Assembly (NCBI GenBank): GCA_050951545.1
Contig: JBMNJG010000009.1
Span: 68,762-132,761, forward strand
Length of the DNA: 64,000 bases
Reading direction: 5' to 3'
Origin: Limnochordia bacterium
GTDB taxonomy: Bacteria; Bacillota; Limnochordia; DTU080
Part shown: one piece after another, positions 51,397 to 61,350 of the stretch
Layout: each line of letters starts with the position of its first letter
Numbering within the stretch: the stretch's first letter is position 1
The notes under the pieces: model-generated
Database searches by the model: none
The model's input: the letters and a program-made list of their open reading frames with translations, nothing else
Told to the model about the DNA's origin: nothing
Position numbers and translations under genes: made by a program

Positions 51397-54267
51397 TTAC
51401 CAAGACAGCTGAAGCGTGTGTCGACCCTCCGGCACATGCACGTGCAGATAGCCCTCACCATCAACGGCAAAGACAGCGTCGTCACCATCAAGCGCGGCAG
51501 TGCTGGGCACTTGCGGTAGGCGCAGCTGAAGCGTAGTCTCGGCGACTGCATCTGCCACCACCTGCGCTTGACCCTCAACTAGCTCCACTGATACGGTGCA
51601 CGGCTGGGTGGTCCGCACCACCACGCTGTCCCCCACACTGAGCGAACGTCCCTCGTAAAGCAGCAGCTTCACTGGACGAGCCTCCTGCCAACTCACAGAG
51701 GCCAGACGCCCCTCGGCCGTGAAGCCGTCCCCACTCAGCGTGGTTGCCGTGGCTTGCTGACCGATCAGGGTCAGATCCCGGCGCCCCTTTCCGACAGCGC
51801 TCACCTCATACGCCGTACCTCTATCGACTCCTGCGAACTGCAAGGGTGCAGAGGACCCCTTGTATGGATAGAGCACTGTGACAAAGCGCTCAGCTGTCGC
51901 AGCGGATGTGGTAGTCGCTGCCACATGATACTGCGGCGGTTTCTCGGTCTCCGGCAGAGCCTCCTTCTCCTTGAACACAGTAAGAGCATCACCGCTGCTG
52001 TAATAGCGGTCAGTCTGTTCGAACTCCAGGCTATGCGGAGTGAGGAAATTCACCTGCAAATGCACGCCATTCTGTTCGAGCTGCAGTGTACGAGTGCCCG
52101 CGTCGATCTGTGGCGGGCTGATCGTATGCAGCAGCCAATTATAGTGCACGGGCCTGGGTGCCTTCAGGTTATCGATGATTACGAAGTAGTCCGGGACACA
52201 GTAGAGGATCTCCCGTGTGAACCGTTCTAGTTTCCCGGCATAGGCCTGAGCCGCATCGCCAGCGGTTAGATCGTAGCCAGCCCCGGTGAAGAAGGCGGTA
52301 ATCTCACCTGCCGCATCGATACTCCGATAGTGCTGCCCTTCTCCGTCCACCAGAATGGTATTCTTCGAGCGTGTCTGCCTGTTAAAGTTGAAGTGCTGAT
52401 CACTGCCATACCAGTCGTACCAGCCACTGGAGATGGCTAACGCCTCGTTCCACGCGCTCAGCGTGAAGGAGTTCTGCTCACCGTGACTGTGACTAATGCT
52501 GCCCAACGGACTGCTCTTGAAGTAGAGGCTAACGTCATCTTTGGCCTGCGCGAGATTGGAGTGCAATGCCACGTGCCCGATGTCATAGAAGGCTTTTGAT
52601 CTCGGCAAGTCAGATGGCGGCTTTGCCTCCAGTTGGGAAATCTGATCGCTGTAGCGAAAGAGGAAGCAGTAGGCTCGCATGTAATCGTCAAACCACCTGC
52701 CACTGCGCTGCTGCAGCTGCTGCGCATACCATTTGAAGTACTCGTTTCCGGTACCAGCGGCGAACATGATCATGTTCGTGTAGTCGGTATTATCGAGTAC
52801 GTCGAAGGCCGCACCGTCACCAAAGCCGTTGGCGTGCTTGCTGCCGGGAGGGTGGAAGTACATCTTGAAATAGCCGGTATTCTGGTACCAATCCTTAGCA
52901 AACAAGTCAGCCAAACCTGCCACCTTCAGCAGTTCGGCGGCCTCCAAGGCCTGCGTCACACTCCACTTCCAGTAGGCCGTACCTTCGGACCAGCCACCAT
53001 CACTGCCGCCCCATGGCGGATAGTGATCTTGGTAGAAGCGTGCCGTAAACGCCAGCCATTCCTGGGCCTCGGGCAAGTCGCAAAGCACTAAGGCTGCCCG
53101 CGTCAGATAGCACAGCGAAGTGATGGCGTGTGAATCATGGGGTCGATTGGCCAGCGGCCGCACTTGCACCCGATACAGTTCTCGCCCGCGAGCCAGAAGC
53201 ACCGGCCGAATCACAGCCAGATCCTCGGGCGTCAGCGTATCGTATATCCAATCGACTGCTGCGCTCATCGACGACAGAATCCAGCGTCCCAGATCATCAT
53301 GATAGGCGGTGCTGGTGGTGCCATTTACGTCCCAACTGCACACATGCTTGATCCAGCGTTTCGCCTCTTCTGCATACGCCTCATTTCCCGTGATCAGGTA
53401 AGCGAAAGCCAGTGACTCCATGTTCCCGCTTACCAGACTGGATACATCGCGCATCTTGCGCCAGTGATTCACTTCCCATCCTTCCGGATAGGGCTCGGGT
53501 TCCTCCGGCAAGTCGGCGACTAGCATACCAGCGGTGCGCGCCAGTATCATCTCTGAAAGCTGGCGAAAAGGAATCTGCCTACGCTTAGCACGTAACACCT
53601 CAACCTCGTCCGGTCTAAAGTGGATGCGCGGGTGCTTCGAAGCCGCATCGGCAGGGGGAGGCGGAACAGTGGGCAACGGGATGCGGCGAACCTGGCTCAA
53701 TTGGGCCTTTAGCTCCTCCGCACTTCCTTTCCAGAGCTCCATGGAAAAATCGTCGATCCAGAAGCTGCCCGTTCCTGAGAGATTGATGTTCAACCAGATC
53801 TCGGCAGTGTCTACAGGCACTGTAGGTGATACGCCCTCCATGAGATACCAATCCAGCGAGCCCTGTTCGGGACGCAAAAAGAAGCTGCCTAGGACTCTAT
53901 TGCGTTCAGCGTTGATGAACTCGATCTTTACCCAGGCGTCTGCCTCTAGCTTCTCACTGCGACACCAGAAACGGACCTGGTAGCGTTCTCCCACAATGGG
54001 CTTGAGATCTCGTATCGGATTAGTACCCACCCTAGAGACTGAGGTGTACTTGCTCCCAGACAGTCTCAGCGAGTACTGGCCCGTGTACGGCAAGCTTCTA
54101 TCCAGACCGGAAGTGCCTCCCTCGGATTGCACAATCCATATCCATCCTGGTGGTAATGCACCATCTTTCCCCTGATCGAAAGCGACCAGCATGTCTGGCC
54201 CCGTTTGGGCCCAGGCTGACTGAAGCATGGCCATGACTAGGCAAAGCGACAGCAACAGTGTCCGCAT
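51397..54267 (-). CDS. secreted heparinase II/III-like (DUF4962) polysaccharide lyase with N-terminal CBM-like domain
   Basis: Signal peptide from ATG 54267; KHPRI, DGGWSEGTAYW, SHSHGEQNSF and NTILVDGEGQ motifs. Confidence 0.8.
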   Translation of the reverse strand: MRTLLLSLCLVMAMLQSAWAQTGPDMLVAFDQGKDGALPPGWIWIVQSEGGTSGLDRSLPYTGQYSLRLSGSKYTSVSRVGTNPIRDLKPIVGERYQVRFWCRSEKLEADAWVKIEFINAERNRVLGSFFLRPEQGSLDWYLMEGVSPTVPVDTAEIWLNINLSGTGSFWIDDFSMELWKGSAEELKAQLSQVRRIPLPTVPPPPADAASKHPRIHFRPDEVEVLRAKRRQIPFRQLSEMILARTAGMLVADLPEEPEPYPEGWEVNHWRKMRDVSSLVSGNMESLAFAYLITGNEAYAEEAKRWIKHVCSWDVNGTTSTAYHDDLGRWILSSMSAAVDWIYDTLTPEDLAVIRPVLLARGRELYRVQVRPLANRPHDSHAITSLCYLTRAALVLCDLPEAQEWLAFTARFYQDHYPPWGGSDGGWSEGTAYWKWSVTQALEAAELLKVAGLADLFAKDWYQNTGYFKMYFHPPGSKHANGFGDGAAFDVLDNTDYTNMIMFAAGTGNEYFKWYAQQLQQRSGRWFDDYMRAYCFLFRYSDQISQLEAKPPSDLPRSKAFYDIGHVALHSNLAQAKDDVSLYFKSSPLGSISHSHGEQNSFTLSAWNEALAISSGWYDWYGSDQHFNFNRQTRSKNTILVDGEGQHYRSIDAAGEITAFFTGAGYDLTAGDAAQAYAGKLERFTREILYCVPDYFVIIDNLKAPRPVHYNWLLHTISPPQIDAGTRTLQLEQNGVHLQVNFLTPHSLEFEQTDRYYSSGDALTVFKEKEALPETEKPPQYHVAATTTSAATAERFVTVLYPYKGSSAPLQFAGVDRGTAYEVSAVGKGRRDLTLIGQQATATTLSGDGFTAEGRLASVSWQEARPVKLLLYEGRSLSVGDSVVVRTTQPCTVSVELVEGQAQVVADAVAETTLQLRLPQVPSTAALDGDDAVFAVDGEGYLHVHVPEGRHTLQLSW

Positions 54268-54289
54268 TCTCTTCCCCCTTGTAGAGCAG

Positions 54290-57200
54290 CTACGGTTTCT
54301 TCCATCCACTTATCTCAATACGGCCGATCTGAGGAAATGCTGGGTCCTCACCACCTTGTACTGAGACCCTGAGACGCGCCTCACCTCGGTAATAACGCTC
54401 CTCCTTACAGGGGGTCATCACTACCTTGATCGCATCTGCATCATCCGACCCCTTCTCCCAGGTACACTCGGTCATCAGGGCCACCCAGGGTCCTTGGTCG
54501 ACACTGATGGCTGCTTGCACTTGCGTGCCCGATGCTTTCTCGCTTCCAGCAGGTAGGTAGAACGTGACCTTGAAATCAAAGAGGCCTGGTTCATCGTAGA
54601 TAAGATACTCGTGGGTATTCGCCTTGCGCCTCAGTCGAGTCGCGTCACTATCAAAGCGCTGCGCATCTTCAGTCGCATACGCCCAGCCATCAGACTCATC
54701 AGAGGTCAGCCTCCAGTCCAGGGTGCCAAAGAAGGTGTTCGTCATGGAAGGTCGCAGCTCATCAACCACACGCCATCCAGGCAGTTTGACAGCCACCTTC
54801 GACGACAATTCGGGGTGCATGGGGTCATGCACAGTATAGGAGTAGGTGCCTGGCGCAAGGGTCTTTCGTGGACGCACGCTCAGAGGTACCTGCACGCTGC
54901 GCTCGCCCGGAGCAAAGGCGTAGCAATACTCAGACCATGAAAACTCCAGCCCTTCTGACGTATCGGTGATCTGCAAAACGCCTTCCATGGGGCCTTCGGT
55001 GTTCAGACGCACAAAGGAAAGCCCCGCATCTGAAAACCCGTGCGGCCCGAGCTGGGGAGTCGTAGGCATCAGAGCCAAGGGCTTGGGCTCCATGAGATAC
55101 ACAAGAGTCTGTGCTGTGTGTCGCAGCGATTGAGCGACCAGCTTCCCTGAGTTCGGCGCCCCTAGCGATCGCCTACTGGCTTCGATTCCCGAATCGAAAC
55201 CGAGACGTGCCACACGCAGGTACTTCTCATCACCCGTCAGCTGGTAGGCATACGTGAACCCCTCTAACAGCAAGAGATTCCCAGTGCTCGGCCTCGGCGG
55301 ATACTGGGGCTCATCGGTGATGTAGGGAAATCCCCGGGCAGTCTCACTCCAATACTTGTCGACGAGGACTTCGCTTCCACGCACGATCATTTCCGCAGCT
55401 CGGGGCTCCTTCGTCACCCGATGGTAATCCGCAAGCCCCCTGAGCACGACCGCAGTCATGAAGGGCTTGCTGCGCATAGGGTTGCCCTCCACTTCGGTGC
55501 TAGCCATCCGATGCGTCCACTGACCATCGGGGTCTTGCCCTGCCGCGAGAACACCCACGACAACCTCGGCCGCCTGCAGATAGTGAGGATCCAGCGTGCT
55601 CTCGTAAAGGTACATCAGGCCTATCAGCATCCAGCCAGCAGTGCGCGGCACGGACTTAGGGGCTAGATGAGGATGACCCTGCAAAGCCCAACGGGCAAAG
55701 CCATCACCGCTCAGCTGAGCTGCTTCCAGGCTGCGGCGATCACCCGTCAGGTGGTAGTAATCAACGAGCCCCTGCAACCACGTGTGGGCTGGCTCTATGT
55801 TGCCCGAGCGATGCTGGGTTGAATGCCGCAGGCCAATGCCCAACCAGCGCACGTCGTGGGCCGCCCAGATAATGTCCACGTCCATCCAATGTCTGGCCGC
55901 AGATTCGGCAAGCTCAAAGTAGCGCAGGTCTCCCGTGCGCGCAAACTGCAGGAAGTACACATGTGACAGATCATATTCCGTATTTCCCCATCCGTCCGGA
56001 TCCCAGGTGGTGCTCCAGTCGCCGTAGTTGCGCCAGCCATAGTCGCCGTTGATCTCTCTCGATCTCATCAGGTCTGCGTACCCGGTCTCTACGAAATCCT
56101 CATAGGCAGAGAGACTGGGAGGAAAAAGCGGGAGCTGTTCGGGTTCAACCAGAAGAAGCGGACGCACAAAACCCTTCGTTTCCGAATACCACAGCGCAGG
56201 CGCCACCGCCCGAAGTGGATGCAGTAGGCCTTGTAGCGCTCCGCCATCGTCGCCAAAGGCCAGGTAGAGCTCGTGTCGCTTGGCCTCGCCACCCCCCGTG
56301 ACCAAGGGCTGGGCACCCGCCTTCCACAGATGCACGACGAGGTCACCCTGCTCGTTCACCTCAATGCCTTTGGGGAACTGCCGCCAGAAATCCCTTACCG
56401 CGACGCCCACGGTCTGCCCAGAGCGCTGAAACAAAGCCCACCCTGGTGCCCGACGCCCTGTGGCCAGCTCGTCGCCGTCCACATTGACAGAGTAAGACCG
56501 CGCCTTAGGCTGCGTGAGCGAGAAGCAAGCGATCCATCGACCACGCACCCCGGAGCCGTCCTCGCCGCCGATTTCGAAGAGCCCCTGCCCTCGACGACAG
56601 CAGCCCAGGGAACCGCAGTGCCACCTCCTCAATATCCAGCACCGTCGCCCATGCGCTCCGTGTGACCCATCAAGTTGGTGATCGTGGGGTCAACCCGTAC
56701 ATAAGCCTTGTCTTTATAGAAATGGAACCGCATGTCTCCAGCAAAGGTCGCTGCTTGAATGCTATCGACTTCAGCCATCTCTCCCCGCAGACGCACGACG
56801 ACGCGTTCGCTGCCCAGCTCCTCAAGGAAGACATCGACCGTGTCTTGATCCATCTGGTAGGACCTTCCCGCACGATCTTGGATCAGCAAAGATGGGGCTG
56901 CTGCACCGGGGTGCCACGCGGTATCGGAGCTGCCTAGCAAGCGGAGCTCGCGAATGGTACCCTCCTTCCTGCCAAACGTGGCCTCGAGAGCACCCGTGTT
57001 GACTGTAAGGCTTTCGCTGGACTCCTCTACAAGGATGCCCGTTCGCTTAGCCCGACTCACGGCGGTCCCGTACTCGAACACATACTCTGCCTGCCCATGC
57101 TCTGCCACATCCGTCTGAAAGTCTAGCAACAGCCAACGTACACTGCCATCGGGCCAGTGCGACAGGATCGTGGTCTGCACCGGGACTTCCTCGTCTGTGG

Positions 57201-58153
57201 TGGTCAGTAGACGCGAGCGCGTCGGATCCCACAGGTGGCCCTGCGGAAGCGGTATGCCGGATGACACGGGCTGTCCCGCCCGAGAGACTCCTTCTCGCTC
57301 TGACACGCTCAGAGTAACCCGCTCGCGCTCCACCGCTGCTGCCTGTTGCGGAACCGGGAGAGTGGGTTGCGCACGCGGCGCAAAGTCTCCGGCCCACGCC
57401 GCTGAACGAGCAGGCCTTATGGCGCACAGGCTCTTGTCATCGGCAGTCCAGATGTGAAAGTAGCTGTGGTACGCCTCATCACCTGCTGAACCCGCACTGC
57501 TGACGCGTAGCTGCGTACCAAGCCACGTCTCAATAGCTCGTCGAAAGGGCAACGGGCCCACAGCAGGGCTGGTCATGTCGTTTACAAAAATGTACGTCTC
57601 GTTTGATGTGCGGCTGACTATGAGGCGTACGCGATTCCATCCATCTTGAAGCTTACCAACCCAAGCGTTGCGCACAACGCCGTCCTGGGTGTAGCGATAC
57701 CCCACGTTGCCATCCGGGCCGAAATTCCAGTTGATATTATGACCTTCAGGTCTAGCTGTCTCGAAGTAGACATTGATCCCGCTGCCTTTTACCCAGCGAA
57801 TGGAATGCTCAATCACGAGGGTCGCTGAATCGTCTAGCCACGATGCGTCGATCGCCTTAGCCATCCCGGTATTTGGCCTCTCGGGATGCCCCACAAAATG
57901 CACGGCTTTGCCAGAGGGAGCATTTGGCTCCTCGACGACCTCGATGAAATCGGGTTTGCCGTAGAACTCCCATCGCTGAGGCGTGACAGATAGCTCTGCC
58001 TCCGCGAAATCGTCATAGAGAATCGTTTCCCCATGCGGCAGTCGCCCGTCGGGTACGCTAGCCAGCACTTGAGGCCCGCAGACTAGCGTGCCAGTTAGTG
58101 GGGACGGTAAGTAGCATTAAGTATACAACCATTGCCGAGCGAGAGTTCAACAA
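54290..58153 (-). CDS. large secreted PcRGLX/YetA-like (alpha/alpha toroid) putative lyase or hydrolase, frameshifted in this sequence
   Basis: PVSSGIPLPQG and WPDGSVRWLLLDF in ORF 56629..58068; RDFWRQFPK, GWRNYGD, WGNTEYD and ARHWMDVD in ORF 54290..56632; signal-like N-terminus in a third frame from TTG 58153. Confidence 0.7.
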
Positions 58154-58335
58154 TGCAACCCCCTTCTGAAATGACTTCCTTCTCTGGTATTCAGCCAGAG
58201 GCTTGAGTCCACCTGCCCGCGCAGCGTAACGCCATTCTCGCGGGAGGGAACGAGGAGTCGGTGCACGAAATCGTAGTAAGTGGTACCAACTCACAGATTT
58301 GCCGAATAGCGATCAAGCCAAAGGGGGAGTAACGC

Positions 58336-59571
58336 ATGCCAATGCGTCGCGACAGGAGATTGATCACGCTGAGTGGGTTTCTGCTGTTGGTGTCTGTCTT
58401 CGCTTGTGCAGCCCAAGCGAAGACTACACTGAGTGTCGGTACGTGGGTCACGTTGGATGATTGGGAGAGAACCTACGGCTCGCAAATGGACCTCTTTAAG
58501 AGAACCAACCTAGATATTGAGCTCGACGTAATGACGATCGCCGCGCACACTGAGTACGCAGCGAAGATCGCAGTCTTGGCTGCCACTGGCGACATTACCG
58601 ATGTGCTGCAGCTGCCTTCCGAACAGGTAGCCCCGCTGGTCGCCGGCGGCATCTTAGAGAATCTAGATCCATGGATCAGCCGTGATAAGTCGCTAGACAC
58701 CCGAGCCTGGATACCGGGCGCAGTTAATGCTGTGCGCTACGCAGGCATCATGTTCGGCATGCCGGGATTCGTCGTCAACTACACCTATGCCTACAACAAA
58801 GACGTGCTGGCTGAGCGTGGTGTTGTGCCTCCTGGCGCCGATAGATGGGTCACCTGGGACGAGATACGTGACATCGGCAAACGGACCACGGTTGACATGG
58901 ATGGCGACGGCGAACCCGATATCTGGGGGTACTTCCACGGCACCTCCTATACAGAGATGATCCCGCTGATCTATCAGGCAGGTTGGCACATGTTCGACAA
59001 AGATGATCTGCTCGACATCGATGCGCCCCCAGTGTATAAGGGCATGAACTGGTTGTTGGCTCTGATGCGCGAGCGTGTGCACGGTGGCAACCGGACGTTG
59101 TTCTACCAGGGCAAAGTGTCCACGATGCGCCTAGGTAGCTGGGAGATGAACAACATCATGAACGCCCAGACTCCAATAGGTGTCACCTCAGGCATCCAAG
59201 ACGCCACCAAGGGTGAGGTCGCTTACGTCACCTCGTTCGCCATGACCGCGAACTCTCGCCGCAAAGACACCGCTTGGCGCTACCTAAAGTACCTCACGTC
59301 GCGTGAGAGCCAGGACTTCGTGGCCGCTCGCGGGCGGGTACCCATACGACGCGACGTAGCCTTCCCACTAGAGATGAAGGAGACCCTCACTGGTCTCATG
59401 AATTCGCTGGGATATGCGGAACCCTATCCCTACCACATACACTCCAACTATATTCAGAGTGCCTTTAACGCCGGGATCGCACCCGTCTGGCAAGGCCGCG
59501 CGACACCAGAGGCCGCTGTACCCGAGGTTCAGCGCACCATCAACGCCTATCTGCGGCAGCAGAGCCGCTAG
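58336..59571 (+). CDS. sugar ABC transporter solute-binding protein
   Basis: Signal peptide; AYNKDVL, DMDGDGEPDIWG and AWRYLKYL motifs. Confidence 0.88.
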   Translation: MPMRRDRRLITLSGFLLLVSVFACAAQAKTTLSVGTWVTLDDWERTYGSQMDLFKRTNLDIELDVMTIAAHTEYAAKIAVLAATGDITDVLQLPSEQVAPLVAGGILENLDPWISRDKSLDTRAWIPGAVNAVRYAGIMFGMPGFVVNYTYAYNKDVLAERGVVPPGADRWVTWDEIRDIGKRTTVDMDGDGEPDIWGYFHGTSYTEMIPLIYQAGWHMFDKDDLLDIDAPPVYKGMNWLLALMRERVHGGNRTLFYQGKVSTMRLGSWEMNNIMNAQTPIGVTSGIQDATKGEVAYVTSFAMTANSRRKDTAWRYLKYLTSRESQDFVAARGRVPIRRDVAFPLEMKETLTGLMNSLGYAEPYPYHIHSNYIQSAFNAGIAPVWQGRATPEAAVPEVQRTINAYLRQQSR

Positions 59572-59581
59572 CTAGTAAGCG

Positions 59582-59612
59582 CAGGGGCCGTGGCGTATAC
59601 CCACGGTCCCTG
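59582..59612. terminator. probable bidirectional terminator
   Basis: CAGGGGCCGTGG...CCACGGTCCCTG stem between convergent genes. Confidence 0.6.
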
Positions 59613-59616
59613 GTGT

Positions 59617-60387
59617 CTATTCGCAAGTACAGACATCGCAAAGCGCATGCGTGCTCTTCAAGGCCTCTAACCAGTTGCCCTTGGGAACAAACTCATGGCC
59701 CACATAGCCCTGATAGCCACTCCCTGCGATGGCCCGCATCACCGCAGGGTAGTAGATTTCCTGCTGGTCGTCCAAATCGCGACGGCCGGGGTTACCTGCG
59801 GTGTGAAAATGCCCAATATACTGGATGTTATCGCAGATGGTCCGGATCAGGTCGCCCTCCATGATCTGCATATGGTAGATATCATAGAGCAGCTTGAAGC
59901 TTGGGGAATCGACCGCTTGGCACAGCTGCACTCCCCAAGCAGTCCTGTCACACTGGTAGTCGGGATGATTGACTTTGCTGTTGAGCAGTTCCATGCACAA
60001 CACTACGCCTGCATCCTCAGCCTGAGCCGTCACCCGCTTGAGGCCCTCAGCACAGACCTCGATGCCCGCTTCGTCGTCCAAACCTTCACGGTCGCCGCTG
60101 AAGACGATAAGTGCGGGGATGCCATGCTTCGCTGCTTTGCGGATACTCTCCCTGAGCTCGCTTTCAATGCGATCGTGATTGGAGCGTTTGTTTAGTCCAT
60201 CACGTAGACTCCTGTGGCCGCCGACAATGGCTATCTCGAGCCCCTCCGCCTTTACTGCTGGCCAGTGTTCTTCGGGCAGCATCTCCACCGACACAAACCC
60301 TATCTCCGCTGCAGCCTGGATAAGCTCCTTGGGTGTCGTTTGACGAGAAAAGGCACCAAAACAGACCGACTGCCTAATTCTACTCAC
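59617..60387 (-). CDS. hydroxypyruvate isomerase family TIM-barrel protein
   Basis: MELLNS, LLYDIYHMQIMEG, HFHTAGNPGR and VGHEF motifs. Confidence 0.88.
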   Translation of the reverse strand: MSRIRQSVCFGAFSRQTTPKELIQAAAEIGFVSVEMLPEEHWPAVKAEGLEIAIVGGHRSLRDGLNKRSNHDRIESELRESIRKAAKHGIPALIVFSGDREGLDDEAGIEVCAEGLKRVTAQAEDAGVVLCMELLNSKVNHPDYQCDRTAWGVQLCQAVDSPSFKLLYDIYHMQIMEGDLIRTICDNIQYIGHFHTAGNPGRRDLDDQQEIYYPAVMRAIAGSGYQGYVGHEFVPKGNWLEALKSTHALCDVCTCE

Positions 60388-60460
60388 CGGAAAAGGCCCT
60401 CCCTCTTTGGAAAGTCGTTCCGCGCTCTTGTGATGGTAACCAGTGTAGCCGCTTGAGTCT

Positions 60461-61324
60461 TCACACTATCTCGTGAATGAACGCCATCTCTCGTACCAGA
60501 TCCGGACCGCTGAGCTTGCGTTCCAGGTGGCGAGTAACGTTCAGTCGAGCGACGCGCCGATGCACTTCGACGGGAATGGAGCCAGCGTAGATGGGCAAGT
60601 GACTGTCGGCGCGCCCTCGGGTGTCCGCGAGATAGTTTCCATTCCAGTGTACATGTCCGATCCACTCACCCGCATCGAGAAAAGCGTGCAGCATGCGTAC
60701 GCGCTCATCCAACGACGACACCCGCTGGGCAGTGGTCGTGGCATGACTGGTATCTAAGCACAGCCTGACTTGTGGCCTATCGATATCCTTGACTAGCTGC
60801 AGCCAAGCCTCTGGCAGTACCGCCAAATACGTGTTGAGCTTGTCTAACTCGATCTCATCAGGTGACGATAGGGGATCACAGCCATCCCAGTAGGAGCGGC
60901 TGTTTTCGACACAGATCAAGATCCGGTGGCGTTCAGCCTCCTTGGCCAACTCACGCACCCCATCCACGAATCGCTCGTAATCGCCGACGATTTCCCCGTT
61001 CCAGCGATAGGGGGCAGTGTGTATGACCACCTTAGACGCTCCCGTTTGAGCAGCCCAACCTAGGGTATGGATCAGCATATCCAGTGACTGCTGGCGCCAA
61101 GCATCGTCCAAAGCAGCTATACTAAGCCGACGACCGGGGACGCTGTAGGGCAAGTGCACGCATTCGATCAGCCCAGACCAAGGCTTGAGGGCCTGCAGGC
61201 GCTCTGCCTCTCGAGCCGTAGTAAGCGCTGCGGCAATCCCGACCTCGACGCCGAGCCCCAGGCGGCGAATCAGCCAAGCCCCCACCTCAGGCACGCACAT
61301 CAAACCGTTTAATCCATCTCTCAT
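60461..61324 (-). CDS. sugar phosphate isomerase/epimerase (xylose isomerase-like TIM barrel)
   Basis: VHLPY, VVIHT, CVEN, CLDTSH, HVH and DSHLP metal-binding pattern; start uncertain. Confidence 0.78.
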   Translation of the reverse strand: MRDGLNGLMCVPEVGAWLIRRLGLGVEVGIAAALTTAREAERLQALKPWSGLIECVHLPYSVPGRRLSIAALDDAWRQQSLDMLIHTLGWAAQTGASKVVIHTAPYRWNGEIVGDYERFVDGVRELAKEAERHRILICVENSRSYWDGCDPLSSPDEIELDKLNTYLAVLPEAWLQLVKDIDRPQVRLCLDTSHATTTAQRVSSLDERVRMLHAFLDAGEWIGHVHWNGNYLADTRGRADSHLPIYAGSIPVEVHRRVARLNVTRHLERKLSGPDLVREMAFIHEIV

Positions 61325-61350
61325 CAAGTGAGCCCCCTCGTGACGCGATC

